A DNA stretch of 62,509 nt, filler included, from Pirum gemmata (taxonomy: Eukaryota): the NCBI GenBank assembly GCA_002812295.1. It is 30 parts of 30 records of this genome, joined end to end, with 100 filler letters (N's around TTAATTAATTAA, not from the genome) between each part and the next. Parts side by side here need not be neighbours in the genome. Positions count along the whole stretch, not along the records: positions 10,017 to 11,913 come from PDIN01010122.1; positions 12,014 to 13,918 come from PDIN01010123.1; positions 14,019 to 15,951 come from PDIN01010124.1; positions 16,052 to 17,985 come from PDIN01010125.1; positions 18,086 to 20,018 come from PDIN01010126.1; positions 20,119 to 22,026 come from PDIN01010127.1; positions 22,127 to 24,059 come from PDIN01010129.1; positions 24,160 to 26,033 come from PDIN01010130.1; 22 more parts are not named here. The stretch is one strand, 5' to 3'. The notes below the pieces were generated by a model. It searched no databases. It saw only the letters and a program-made list of their open reading frames with translations, and was not told where the DNA came from. This document shows positions 11,236 through 26,033 of this stretch, piece by piece. The position numbers and the translations under genes were made by a program. How positions within the stretch are numbered: position 1 is the first letter of the stretch; every line of letters begins with the position of its first letter.

Positions 11236-12292
11236 AAAGATTACGTATATAGTTGATTATATTACTATTACTATTTACTATTACCATTACTGTTAGCTAT
11301 TGCTACTATATTATGCTATTACTATTTATATTACTGTTTACTGTTTACTATTGCTATTGTGTATATTGCGAATATTAAATCGTCAAGGAGTTGTTGGGTT
11401 TTCTTATTACAGTTTGTTTGTTTGTTTGTGGATTTTGGGTTGTGGATGAGTGGGGATATACGTGAAGAGAGGTTTAGAAATTTCATTATTATAAATAATA
11501 TGAATAATAAATACTAATAATACCAATAATACTAATAATACAATTAATACTAATAATACTAATAATACTAATAATACTAATACCAACAAAATAGTATAAC
11601 ATTACTAATAATAATTAAAAATAGTTTAATAATAATAATAATAATAATAATAATAGGAATAAAAAGAAAGTAATAATATTGCTAATAATGATATTATTAA
11701 TAAACATTTTTAATTATACTTATTAATGATAATTTACATTAACAGCAACAGCAGTAGCACCATTAATACTAATAATATCAACAATATTAATATATTAATA
11801 TAGGGTCAACCACCACCACAAGCACAAGCACAAACACAACCGCCACCTACACCACAATCGCAGGAACAACCACCGCAACAAGAACAACAAGAACAAGAAC
11901 AACAAGAACAACANNNNNNNNNNNNNNNNNNNNNNNNNNNNNNNNNNNNNNNNNNNNTTAATTAATTAANNNNNNNNNNNNNNNNNNNNNNNNNNNNNNN
12001 NNNNNNNNNNNNNCCAAAAACAAATTTTCAGCAACAGATAAAATTTTAATTTTTTATTGCCAATACAGTCATACATTATATGAGTATATATACAGCAGAA
12101 AATAAAAAATCGTTAACAAAAAAAAAAAAAAAAAAAATTGAAAACAAAAATGTTGAAATTAAAAATATAGATTTAGTATTTTTTTCCACTTTATTATTTT
12201 AATCATATACTAGTCAATCAATTATTTTTTGATAAAGATTTTATTAATGTAAATTTACATGAGCCAACAATTACAGAAAAACTACATTCATA

Positions 12293-13396
<1,104 letters not shown>

Positions 13397-13577
13397 GAGT
13401 CTAATAATAATATTATATATTAAATAAATATTTAATGTAAATAGTAAAAGTTATAATATTATTATAAATAGTTACTAAAAGCTACATATAATTTCCATTA
13501 TCGATATATAAATATTATCGTTTTTATTTTTTTTACTATGATATAGACTATGGTAGCTAGAAAGTCAATTTATTATT

Positions 13578-13743
13578 GCGCTTTTCATTTATTTATTTTG
13601 TTGGTTATAATATTATATAAATTGGTATTTTTAAAATAATAATTAGATTATGAAATATACCAAATTAAATAAAATGGATTTATATTGTATTAATTTAGTA
13701 TTCTTTATTGTATATTTTATGATGACAAACAACTAAAAAGCAC
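13578..13743 (+). mobile_element. MITE family A copy
   Basis: GCGCTTTTCATTTATT ... TGACAAACAACTAAAAAGCAC ends with the conserved core. Confidence 0.8.
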
Positions 13744-14788
13744 GATAATATAATATATAATAAATTAGAGTGGTAAACTTTTTCTAAATGTTCAAAGGGT
13801 TCAAAGATATATATTTTCAGTTTGTAGAACTTGACCTTTATATAACTATATAATATATATTATATTATAGTATTATAAATATCAGGGTTAGGGTTAGGGT
13901 TAGGGTTAGGGTAGGGTTNNNNNNNNNNNNNNNNNNNNNNNNNNNNNNNNNNNNNNNNNNNNTTAATTAATTAANNNNNNNNNNNNNNNNNNNNNNNNNN
14001 NNNNNNNNNNNNNNNNNNTTTTTTTTCATTATTTCCAGGTTGTACAAAAATAATGCAAACAACAGTGGTGAAAATACAATGGAAGGCCAACAAAACAAAT
14101 AACGTAAACAGAAACAGATGAAAACCAAAACGAAATATTACATACAAAAAATAAACCCCAAGAGGGATTTTAATGAATATACAAAATTCAAAATGCACAA
14201 CTTAAAACAAAAAAAAGTAATATATGTATAAATTCATTAAAAGCCAAAAAATAATAACTGTAAAAAATAGCTTCTTTACAAACAGACAGGACAGACTAAT
14301 CCTGTAGTGTTCTTTTTTTCGATTTTTTTTTTTTGATTTTCTCTCTCTCTCTCTCTCTCTCTCTCTATTTTCTCTCTATTTTCTCTTTTTCTTTCTTCCT
14401 CTTTCTCTTTTCTATCCGGGGTGGGTTTTTTTTCGTGCTACAGGTGTTACGTGTAAAAATGCCTCAACTATAAAACATTCATATCATTTATCAAGTACAC
14501 TGAACCTCGAACTTGCCTCGAGGGAAAAGAAATACATTGATAAAACCAATAATACCAAACGTGAATATCATATTTAAAAAAGGAGCAAGAGTTACAAATT
14601 TCCAATACATCATGTTGGATATATCTCAAACGTAGAATAAAGAAAAAGAAAACAGAAAAAGAGGAGTAAGAACAAACTTCTGTCTGTCTTAGTTAATAGT
14701 TATTGTCATTCCCACATTTTTTTACTTACGTATCCAAAAAATAATGAAAAGATCTCATTAATCACTATTTGTCTACATTTATTATTGA

Positions 14789-15745
14789 TCAAGCACCAGA
14801 TCCTCCTGCACCATTATTACCACCAAATGTTGCCGCGTAATTTCTAAAACAATAAAACAGGAAAAACAACCCAATTAGTAAAAACGCCGAGTATTTCTTA
14901 CATAAAATAAGTTTCCAGTAGTTGGTAATGCTAGTTTTCAAACTTAACTTAGGATAACGATACACACATTCGAAATAAATAAAAAAATACAAGAATAAAA
15001 ATAAAAACAAAAATAAAACTCGTAAAGCGTAACAAAAGAACAAAATCAGAACATAATTACCTAAATCTTGCTCTGGGTTTATGGTAAGGATTATATCCCC
15101 GTCCACGTCCTCGTCCTCGCCTGGCTTTCAAACCAGGTATATTGGTGCGCTTAGCTGAAACTTTTAACTCTCGGCCTTTAAAAGGAAACTCATTCAAAAC
15201 TACCGCATTGGCAACCATTTCTGGATTAGAAAACTCTATATAAGCGAAACCTTTAGGTTGACCTGTAATATAAAAACAATTGAATTTTGTTATAAATAAT
15301 ACAACCTTAAAAAAATAAGTCACACCCAAAGATGGACATTGTACTTCTATTGCTATACTGCCACATAATTCCAATACCCCAAACAAAGCGACTTACCAGT
15401 ATAGTGATCACGCATTATGGTAATCTTCGTTATACTTCCAGCGGAACGAAAGTGATGCTGTAATTCTTCAGGTGTAGTAGAATAGTCAACGTTGCCTACA
15501 TATACAGAGCGTGAGTCTCGCGCTTCCTTGTCTTCGGCTGACACCTATAGGAAAACAGTAAAGATCAGAAAAGGGCACCCAACAAGTAAAGATGAAAAAT
15601 GAAAAAAGTTATGTTAACAATAACAATGGCAACTTACAGCCGCTGGTGCTAAGGCACTAGTAGTTTCTAGTTGTGACTGCATCTCCTGTAATTTTTTGTG
15701 CTCTTCCATCATTTCAGACACCCTTTTCTTCATTGCAGCAAGTTC
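14789..15745 (-). CDS. PABPN1: Nuclear poly(A)-binding protein 2, 5'-partial; exons 15745-15638, 15544-15397, 15262-15061, 14843-14789
   Basis: Coiled coil [15 protein letters not shown] ([23 protein letters not shown] ... PKGFAYIEF ... KRTNIPG) and RG-rich tail. All three introns are GT-AG with matching phases. Confidence 0.95.
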
Positions 15746-16269
15746 CTAAAAATAAAAATAAAGGATAAAGGAAAGAATCCACAATACTAGTTAAAAAGCC
15801 AAAATTGAATTGATAAAAAAGTAATAATCACTGATGCGTTCAAGTAAACTATAAGAAAAAGAAAACCAAAAAGAAAGTAAAGAAAAGAAGAAGTGTAAAA
15901 ATGTACCAAAAATCTGCAGGATTATAAAGACGTTATAATTGTCAATCAAAGNNNNNNNNNNNNNNNNNNNNNNNNNNNNNNNNNNNNNNNNNNNNTTAAT
16001 TAATTAANNNNNNNNNNNNNNNNNNNNNNNNNNNNNNNNNNNNNNNNNNNNTAATAATAATAATAATAAATAATAATTTATTACAATTTTAATGGTATTT
16101 TATTTTTTTTATATGTATGTCATATGATAACAAAAAAAATTTAGTGTAATAAAATTGTAATAAATTTATACAGAAATTTATAGGCTAAAAAAACTCTAAA
16201 AAAGCACGAATGAAGGACGAATCTGCCCTAAATAAATTTTTTGGTTACAGTTTGGCTATATACTACTAG

Positions 16270-16435
16270 GCTTCTCCCAATTCTGCTCTGTTTAAAAATC
16301 GAGATTTCGAGTCTATACATTAATTAATAAGTTCGAAATATACGAAAAAAAAATATTTTTCGAACGGAGCTGAAATTTGGCTTTTTTTGACAGCAGAAAT
16401 TCGAGTTTTCGGGTTTGAGCAGAATTGGGAGAGGC
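16270..16435. mobile_element. MITE with ~19-bp TIRs
   Basis: GCTTCTCCCAATTCTGCTC and GAGCAGAATTGGGAGAGGC form an inverted pair. Confidence 0.65.
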
Positions 16436-17207
16436 AGATAGCAAAAATTCGTGAGCTAGCTAGCTACTACTTAACACTACTATGGTATAAATAATTTAAA
16501 AACAACCTACTTTTTTTTACTAATAATTAAAAATCCCACTTTTTTTTCAATGTTTGAAAACTTCGAATCTATTAAATACCTAGTATATAATTTATGTTTG
16601 AAAACTAAAAATTCTCTAGTGAACTCTGAAAATTGGACGTTTTTACGTTGTTTGCACTATAGCTAGCTAGAGGAAAAAACGACACCAGTTACCATAAATG
16701 GAAATTTTCTTTTGAACTCCCCCGCAGTTAAACGGCAGTTTAGGGTTGATTGGCGTTGGTTGGAGGATTTTTTTGACTTGGTTTTTTTAGACTATTTGTC
16801 ATCATAAAAGAGTACCAAATTAATATAATATCAATCCATTTAATTTAATTTGGTATATTTTATTATCTATTTATTTATTTAAAAAGGTAACTTTAAATAT
16901 TATAACTAACCAAATAAATATTTGGATTGACAAAATATCTAGCTAGTGCAGCACTACTACAGAACTACTAGCTACTACTACTAGCTAGTAGCTAGCTATC
17001 GATATTAGATAAGAAAATCTCCTAGAGAAAATCTCAAAACAAAAAACCTGATAACAACCTAACCCCAACCCCAACCCTAACCCCAACCCCAACCCTAACC
17101 CCAACCCCAACCCTAACCCTAAAGGCTAGGGGCAGCGAGATAATTAATAGCGGTATTTATTTTGATGACGCCATATGCATTACCCCCCCTCTAAAATAAA
17201 TTAGTTG

Positions 17208-17305
<98 letters not shown>

Positions 17306-17331
17306 CCNNNNNNNNNNNNNNNNNNNNNNNN

Positions 17332-17392
<61 letters not shown>

Positions 17393-17635
17393 CCCCCAAA
17401 AAAAGGGGGGGGCTCTCGACTGCTCTCGCCTAGACCTTTATGTATCATCTGACAAAAAACAAAAAATATTTTTTTATTTTGATGAAACCATACGCATTAG
17501 CCTCTTACTTTAGACCTATTGTATATATTTGATTTTAAAATATATTTTAAATTTTTAATTAATAACAATAATTAATGACAATCATTTAATAATAATGATT
17601 TATGTTACTAATTATCTTTTCTTTTTTTTATTAAG

Positions 17636-17670
17636 GCAAAGATGAGATGGGAATCGATGCTATGCGCAAG
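17636..17670 (+). CDS. Candidate 35-nt microexon ((G)KDEMGIDAMRK)
   Basis: TACTAAT branch-like motif, T-rich tract, TAAG acceptor and AG|GTACAG donor; a GC-richer island in AT-rich DNA. Confidence 0.5.
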
Positions 17671-18673
17671 GTACAGATTAAAATAATGATAAAAATATAA
17701 TATATATAATAAAAAAGTGGAGGGATTAGAAATAGAAGTAGAAAATAAAACATAAAAGTAAACTACGATAAAAATAATATATTCAAATTATGACAGTTCA
17801 CAAAACATAAAACATAAAAAAATTGGAAAAATAAGTAGAAAATTAAACTTCATAATCTGCAAATCAGCCGTTCATTAATGCATCACCTTTTTATTATCAT
17901 TGTTATTATTTTATTCCACACACGCACGCACGCACGCACGCACATACATGCATACACACACTCACACACACACTCACACACTCACNNNNNNNNNNNNNNN
18001 NNNNNNNNNNNNNNNNNNNNNNNNNNNNNTTAATTAATTAANNNNNNNNNNNNNNNNNNNNNNNNNNNNNNNNNNNNNNNNNNNNTAATAATAATAATAA
18101 TAATAATGACAATGATAAGATAATGATAATAATAATAGTAATAATAATAGTAATAATAATAATAAATAATGATAATGATTATAATGATTACATCGACAAT
18201 AATTATGATCAGCATAATTATTATCCTATCTAATCTACCCAATCCATAGACTATATAATATATACCAGTAGACAATAGTAGACAATTAACTCAATCTTTA
18301 AATTAATTTGGTACTGTTTAAGTGTAAATTGAGCTTGTTTATAAAATACATATTAAGTATAAAATTCCAAATTAATTAAAACACGTCTGATAGTTTAACT
18401 AATTTGGCATGCTTATTTCAGTTTTTGAGCCGGACAACTAAATCATCTGTATAAATTATGGGTCTATGGGTCTACTCTAGCTAGTAGTAGAGATTAGACT
18501 ATTGGAAAATAAAACTTTAAAAAAGTTTTGTTGTAGAAGAGTTGTAGACTAGAAGCGTAAAATCCAACTTTGAGGGCGTGCATCCACGTTTTTTCTAACC
18601 AGAAGGCACCTTGTCATAATAAAAAAAACAAGTCAAAAACAGCCACTAGCTAGACTATTATTACTGCGCATCT

Positions 18674-19066
18674 CTAACCCTTACCTAATCAAATCCTAAC
18701 CCTAACTTAACCCTAACACTTACCCTAACACTAACCCTAATCCTAACCTAACCCTAACCCCTAACCCTAACCCCTAACCCTAACCCCTAAATCTGACCCT
18801 GACCCTAACCCTGACCCCCATCCCTAATTATTTATAAATAACCCCTAACCCTAAACCCTAAACCTAATTCTGACCCCTAACCCTAAACCTGAATTCTATC
18901 TCTAAACCCTTAACCCTAACCTTGACCCAGAACGTGACCCCTAACCCTAATCCTAATCCTAATCCTAACCCTAATCCTAACCCTAATCCTAACCCCGACT
19001 CCTAACCCTAACCCTAACCCTAACCCTACCCTAACCCTGACTCTAAGTTAAAGGTCCCTAACCCTA
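18674..19066 (-). repeat. Degenerate interstitial (CCCTAA)n array
   Basis: Directly visible. Confidence 0.9.
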
Positions 19067-19136
19067 TATCTATAAATGAACTATGATATAATAACATTAC
19101 AATTTTTATTTGTAAACATATTTATTGTGTTGTTGA

Positions 19137-19497
19137 AATAACACCAAATATGACATTCAAATTACCAAAATAAAAATATTGGAAGGGACTGTACGTAAAT
19201 AACACCAAATATGACTTTCAAATTACCAAAATAAAAATATCGGAAGGGAACTTGTACATAAATAACACCAAATATGACTTTCAAATTGCCAAATAAAAAA
19301 TATCGGAAGGAACTTACATAAATAACACCAAATATGACTTTAAGATTGCCAAAATAAAAAAATATCGGAAGGGACATAAATAACACCAAAATTTAATATG
19401 AATTTCAAAAAATAAAAAAAATAAAAAAAAGTGTATATACGTAAATAACACCAATTATGACTTTCAAAACATCAAAATAAAAATAAAAATCGGAAGA
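19137..19497. repeat. ~60-bp minisatellite, about 6 copies
   Basis: Unit AAATAACACCAAATATGACTTTCAAATTACCAAAATAAAAATATCGGAAGGGA... Confidence 0.9.
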
Positions 19498-20118
19498 GGA
19501 TTTTTTTCTTGGAAGGGGATTTTTAATTTTTTTTTTTTTTGATTGGTTTTTTCTGCGACCCTAACACATCCTTTTCAATCCGAACCAAGCTTAACGAATT
19601 ATAATTAATAAATAGGCTTGAAAATTTTCGAATAGCAACACTGATATTAATATAAATGTTCCAATACAATCCCCCAGATTTTCAGTTTGAATTAGGTTTT
19701 ACCAAAATAAGGTTTTACTAATAATACATAGGTTCGAACACAACCCTCAGTTAGACTTTTTTTCGAGCATAAATTATGATACAAAATCATTATTATAAAC
19801 ATCGACTTGAAACACAACACGTCTTTCTTTTTGCTCGCAATAAAATTTAACTAATAAATACATAACTCGAATTTTTTTCGAAAAAGAATTACAACACAAA
19901 AATAATTAATTTAATAATCATGATCCACCCCTTGTATTTTCTATTCGAATCTAATAAATAAATAGTTTCGATTTTTCGAGAATTTCAAAAAAATTAACTA
20001 TTTAAAAAAACTATGAACNNNNNNNNNNNNNNNNNNNNNNNNNNNNNNNNNNNNNNNNNNNNTTAATTAATTAANNNNNNNNNNNNNNNNNNNNNNNNNN
20101 NNNNNNNNNNNNNNNNNN

Positions 20119-21426
20119 AATAATAATAATAATAATAATTGTATCGATAGTGATAACTTTAGACCCACAACGCCTTCTGTACCGCCTCCATCGAAAACTG
20201 CAGTTTTTAATGAGTCTATTGAAAAAAACATTGGTAAACGTCACCACGATTCTTATGACGATGATGGATTTGTAGTACCTTATCCGAAAAATGCTTATGT
20301 GTTAGATAATTCTAATAATTATTTCAACGGTGAGTATTCAACAGGACCAAGCTACAGTCGGAGTTCCTCTGATCCGATAAAGTTCAGTCATATACATAGT
20401 CATAGACAAACTCGTGAGTCACCAATTCCCACAACACCAACAAATACTGGATCTCCAACATCACCATATCTTTCTCATCAATCATCACCATCCTCATCAC
20501 CGACATTAACGCCAGTACCAACATCAACACCAACATCAAAACAACAACTGCAGTGGGCACAAGACAAGTCAAAGGGGTCATTAAACAGTAGCAGTCTGTC
20601 CAATATTTTTAGTGATGATTATGGTAATGACACTTTTGGAAAGCGAATATGCAAGGCAACATCCAGTGACGATGTGCGTTCTTCTGACCCTATAGCTATT
20701 GATCTTTTTCAGCATACTAACAAAATTCAAATGAGCTACGGTGATCTACACTTCTCGAATGATGATGTGGAAATTAACAGGAATGATATTGATGAGAATG
20801 GTATTAATACCAGTAATACGAATACCATTGACAACTCAAGTACTACTCTTTCTTACATCGAAGCTCATTCTATTACCAATGTTAATGCCATTTGCAATAA
20901 TAATAATAGCGCTAGTAATAGCAATATTGGAATCGATTTCTCTGAAGAGAGTCATTCTCGTAAAAGCTCTTTTCCAAGTGACACTTCTATGCGCTTTGAT
21001 AATCTACGCCTGCCTGATTATATTGATAGTAATAGTAGTGATAATATTAGTAGTAACCCTTTTGATAAAAACAACTCCACTGTTCGTAACAGTACTAGTA
21101 ACAATAATAACAATATTCTTAGTAGTGATTCTGAATGGCATAACAGCAATATAAATAATATTGTCAACAGCAATAACAACCTTGAGAAGAATACCAACCA
21201 TTCTAACTATAGCTATTTTAATTTTAACAGTAGCAATGATAATATTAGTGAAAGGAGTCGAAGTCACAGTTACGAAGAAAAAAGTCCTTTACCTACTAGT
21301 GATGGAGAAAGTATTTTTCCCATAATAACTGAATCGGCAAAAAAAGGCTTTCGCAAACGGTCAAGGGGTGGTATTCCTTACGCTAAAATCCCCTCTCTTT
21401 GGTCTGATTCCGAAAATGAGGTCTAG
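20119..21426 (+). CDS. 3' part of an S/N-rich, probably disordered protein
   Basis: The frame is open from the scaffold start to the TAG at 21426 (over 430 codons); no recognisable domain. Confidence 0.75.
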   Translation, partial: NNNNNNNCIDSDNFRPTTPSVPPPSKTAVFNESIEKNIGKRHHDSYDDDGFVVPYPKNAYVLDNSNNYFNGEYSTGPSYSRSSSDPIKFSHIHSHRQTRESPIPTTPTNTGSPTSPYLSHQSSPSSSPTLTPVPTSTPTSKQQLQWAQDKSKGSLNSSSLSNIFSDDYGNDTFGKRICKATSSDDVRSSDPIAIDLFQHTNKIQMSYGDLHFSNDDVEINRNDIDENGINTSNTNTIDNSSTTLSYIEAHSITNVNAICNNNNSASNSNIGIDFSEESHSRKSSFPSDTSMRFDNLRLPDYIDSNSSDNISSNPFDKNNSTVRNSTSNNNNNILSSDSEWHNSNINNIVNSNNNLEKNTNHSNYSYFNFNSSNDNISERSRSHSYEEKSPLPTSDGESIFPIITESAKKGFRKRSRGGIPYAKIPSLWSDSENEV

Positions 21427-23126
21427 TATAATACTAACGAAGCCAATTAACTGTAATTTCAACATCTTTTGTGCTCCATGAGTACAGCATTTTAGAATTA
21501 GAGTCCCAAAAATTGGAAAAAAAAAAAGGAATAATGAATTATAATTCTTCACTTAGAATAAGTCACGTTGCAGTTAGTCGACTTTTTGCTTATCTTGGAC
21601 ACAGTGTTATTCTTAGGTTTTACAAACGATTAAGAGTTGTTATCCCTTAAAATCCCCTCGCTTTGATCTGACACTGAAAACGACTCCTAGCTAGAAACTA
21701 ATCTATTAAACTAAACTAATTGTAAGGACTTGCTATTGAATATTTTAGAACCAAAAAAAAAAAATAACAGTTAATATATATTATTTGTTTATAATTTTCG
21801 AATTCTTGGCTTTCTTTTAACACAGGCCATCTTGCAGTTAGTCTGCTTATTTAGTGCTTGTTACATACAACGTTTATCTAAAATCAAATTTTATATAAAT
21901 ATAATTATTTCTATCGATAAATTTTTTATTTCATTTTAATTTAAGTTAAGTGTAAACGTTCATTTCACCCCCCACCCCCACCCCCCCACCCACCAATCCA
22001 CAAGTGGATTAAAAGTAAGTAGTAATNNNNNNNNNNNNNNNNNNNNNNNNNNNNNNNNNNNNNNNNNNNNTTAATTAATTAANNNNNNNNNNNNNNNNNN
22101 NNNNNNNNNNNNNNNNNNNNNNNNNNATATATTAATATATATTTAATTTTAATTTTGGTGTTCATCAATTACGCCAATGTACCTTTAATTAACAAAGTTT
22201 ACGTAACATCGATATCGTGCTTATTTATTTATTATAATATCCATTATATTAATTACTTGTAGTATTTACATATTTAAAAATAAAACCTAGTATTGAATTC
22301 CAAGTTTGATATTAATAGGTCGCTTTTAACCTTAAAACCTTAACCTATCCATATCCCTATAACTATATATTATAATATATAACCCTAACCCTAACCTTTT
22401 CTAACCCTTAAAATTAACCCTAAGAATAGAAATGATCAATGTATCTGATGTATCGAGTATAGCAACACACTTGCATAACTTTTAATTTATTTTGTTACTC
22501 CGAATATTTATTTGGTTGGTTATAATATTCAAATTGACATTCTTAAATGAATAAATAGATAAGAAAATATACCTAATTAAGTTAAATGGATTTATATTGT
22601 ATTAAATTGGTACAAATTATTTCATATTTTATAATGACAAAACAACTGAAAAACACCTTGTATTATGCATCATAATAATCGATATTATATTGATGTGTAT
22701 TTATAATGAAAACCTAGCTAGCTAGAATCAATTACAAATACCCTAAAAAAAGAAAAGAAAACAGAGAAACAGAAAAAAAGAAAAATAGAAAATTTTCAGC
22801 ATTTTTCTGGCGAAATTAGCACTAAATTAGCCCAAATTTTACTATATAATTATAATTATATATAATAAAATTAATAGTTATCAATACAATAAATTATATA
22901 ATATAATAATTTAAAGTTATTATCATAATAGTTACAATAAGGGTACCGGTGTTTTAATCATAGAAAAAACTCTGAAAAAACATTTATTATTATTATTAAT
23001 ATAATTATGTTCATAATATTATGATAGAAAAAGTTCTGAAAAAATATACAAAGCAAAACTTAACTAAAACAAACCGAAAAAACCAAAAAAAAAAACAAAA
23101 ACAAAAACAAAAACAAAAAACAAAAA

Positions 23127-23180
<54 letters not shown>

Positions 23181-23468
23181 AAAAACAAAAAAAAAAAAAC
23201 AAACAGAAACAAACAAACAGAAACACCAAAATAACTATTTTATCAATATGCAACTTTGGAAGGACTATGATGACAGCTAAAAAAAAAGATACATATATAA
23301 ACTGAAAACTGAAAATAAACCAAAACCAAAAAACCAAAAAATCAAAAAAATTAAAACAAAAAAAATAAAACAAAAAAAACCAAAAAATCAAAAAAATCAA
23401 AAAACCAAAAAACCAAACCGAAAATCAGTTACCTTTTAATATTTAAAAAACAAAGACAAAAACAAAAT

Positions 23469-24059
23469 ATGTCTAGAAATAATTGTCTGTTCTTCCTATC
23501 CAACCTTTTGGGTCTTATGGTGGTTGCCTTAGCTCTAGCATCTCTAGCCTCAGATGCATGGATAAAGAATGCCACACTGTCTTCTTACACCAACACTTTT
23601 GGTATAGTAAGACTTAACTATTTTGGACAACAAACGGACTACTACTCTATAACTAACTCAAGCGGCGGAATCCTAAGCAATTGGCCTTCAAACCAATGGG
23701 CTGCTTCTTTTGTTTGCATGGTTATCGGTTTGGTAATAAGTGCCTTCGCTTTATTATTTGGCTGTATTGCTGGGTTACTAAACTGCTTTTGTATGTGTTG
23801 TTTATCTTTCCCCTTCACTATTATCGCGGCCGTAGCTTCTTTTATTTCTTTTGCACTTTACCTTACCTCCGTTCTACTTTTTGCTAGTAAATACGATAGT
23901 GGGTTTGCAACAACTTATGTTGGAGCTGAAAATGGATTTTTTTGTGGTAGTAATGCTGGTGCTTTTCAACCTGGTAATTGCTCCATAGATTGGGGTATGG
24001 GTGTAGCTATAGGCTGCATTATTGTATCATTGTTGACTTCTATTAGTTACGGTGCCAGT
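23469..24059 (+). CDS. LHFPL/claudin-superfamily tetraspan membrane protein, 3'-truncated
   Basis: Four hydrophobic segments; the second-loop motif CGSNAGAFQPGNCSIDWGMGVAI resembles the LHFPL-family CG...G.C...W motif. Confidence 0.75.
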
Positions 24060-24277
24060 NNNNNNNNNNNNNNNNNNNNNNNNNNNNNNNNNNNNNNNNN
24101 NNNTTAATTAATTAANNNNNNNNNNNNNNNNNNNNNNNNNNNNNNNNNNNNNNNNNNNNAACCATAACCATAACCATAACCATAACCATATTAACCATAA
24201 CAAAAAACAGCATTAACACAAAACAATAATAGCAATAGCTTCAGAACAAAAAAATAAAGTAGCACTATTATACTAAC

Positions 24278-24386
24278 CTTATCATCATCACTATGATATA
24301 TGTCGAGACCATTTATCATATCATCATCCTCATCTTCATAAAAAAATGCTACATTCTCTGTTTGTTTTGTTCGTACAAACGTATCT
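24278..24386 (-). CDS. Candidate small acidic exon
   Basis: AAACAG acceptor, open frame (...FFYEDEDDDMINGLDIYHSDDDK) and AG|GTTAGT donor. Confidence 0.4.
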
Positions 24387-25710
24387 CTGTTTATCATTAT
24401 TATTATAAATTATATTATTATTCATTTGTAAGAAATAAAAAGTCTAATCCTACCTCTAACCCTAACTCCTAACCCTAACCCCTAGTCCAAACTCCTAACT
24501 CTAACCCAAAACTCTAACGTGCTTTAAATGTACGTATCTCTGTTTATTAATATAATTATTCAGTTATAATAACAAGTAAAAAGTCTAATCGTAACCCCTA
24601 ACCCTACCTCCTAACCCAAACTCCCAACTCTAACCCCTAACTCTAACACGCTTTATATGTACAAGCGTATCTCTGTTTGCTATTATTATTATAAATTTTA
24701 TTATTATTCATTTATAAGAAGTAAAAAATCTAACCCTACCTCTAACTCTACTCCTAACCCTAACTCCTAAACTAACTCCTAGTCCAAACTCCTAACTGTA
24801 ACCTAAAACTCTAACGTGCTTTAAATGTACGTATCTCTGTTTATTATTATAATTATTCAGTTATAATAACAAATAAAAAGTCTAATCCTAACCTCTAACC
24901 CTACGTCCTAACCCTACTTCTTAACCCAACCTCCCAGCTCTAACCCCTAACCCTAACGTGCTCTATATGTACAAACGTATCTGTTTGCTATTATTATTAT
25001 AAACTATATTATTATTCATTTATAACAGGTAAAAAGTCCAACCCTACCTCCTAACCCTAACTCTTAACCCCTAACCCTAACCCCTAACCCAAACTCCTAA
25101 CTCTAACCCCTAACTCTATCGTGCTTTAAATGTACCCTTTATAACAAGTAAAAAGTCTAACTCTAACTCCTAATTTTAACTCCTAACCCCACCTCCTAAC
25201 CCTAACCCCTAAACCAAACTCCTAACTCTAACCCATAACTCTAACGTGCTTTAAATGTACGTATCTCTGTTTATCATTATAATTATTCAGTTATAATAAC
25301 AAGTAAAAAGTCTAATCCTAACTACTAACCCTACCTCCTAACCCTACTTCCTAACCCAAACTCCTAACTCTAATCCCTAACGCTAACAAGCTTTAAATGT
25401 ACAAACGTATCTCTGTTTATTATTATTATCATAGATTATATTATTATTCAGTTATAATAAGAAGTAAAAAATCTAATCCTAACCCCTAACCCCTAACCCT
25501 ACCTCCTAACCCTACCTTCTAACCCAAACTCCTAACTAACCCCTAACTCTAACGTGCTTTATATGCACAAACTTACCTGTTTATTATTATTATTATAAAT
25601 TGCATTATTATTCATTTATAACAAGTAAAAAGTCTAACTCTAACCCTTAATTCCTAACTCCAAACCCTAACTCCTAACCCTAACTCCCCTAACTCCTAAC
25701 TCTAACCCTA
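24373..25710. repeat. Tandem array, ~10 units of ~130-165 bp, each an AT-rich core plus a degenerate CCCTAA tract
   Basis: Recurring GTGCTTTAAATGTAC...GTATCTCTGTTTATTA...AAGTAAAAAGTCTAA, with two largely alternating variants. Confidence 0.9.
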
Positions 25711-26033
25711 ACAAAATTTAACTGAGTAAATAAATCCACACAACCCCTCACCCTAACCCCTAACCCTAACTTTAACCCTGACCCTAACCCTAACCCTAAT
25801 AACCCTAACCCTAACCCAAAAATAAAATTCACCTGCGAGTAAAAAAATCTACGCAACACCTCACCCTAACCCCTAACTCTAAATCTAATCCAAACCCTAA
25901 CCCTAACCCTAACCCTAATAACCCTAACCCTAACTCCAAAAAAAAAAATTCACCTGAGAGTAAAAAAAATCTACGCAACCCCCAACCCTCCCTAACCCTA
26001 ACCCCAACCCTGACCCTAACCCTAACCCTAACC
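25710..26033. repeat. ~120-bp subtelomere-like unit x3 (core AAATTCACCTG.GAGTAAAAAAATCTACGCAAC plus CCCTAA)
   Basis: Three cores separated by CCCTAA runs. Confidence 0.8.
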
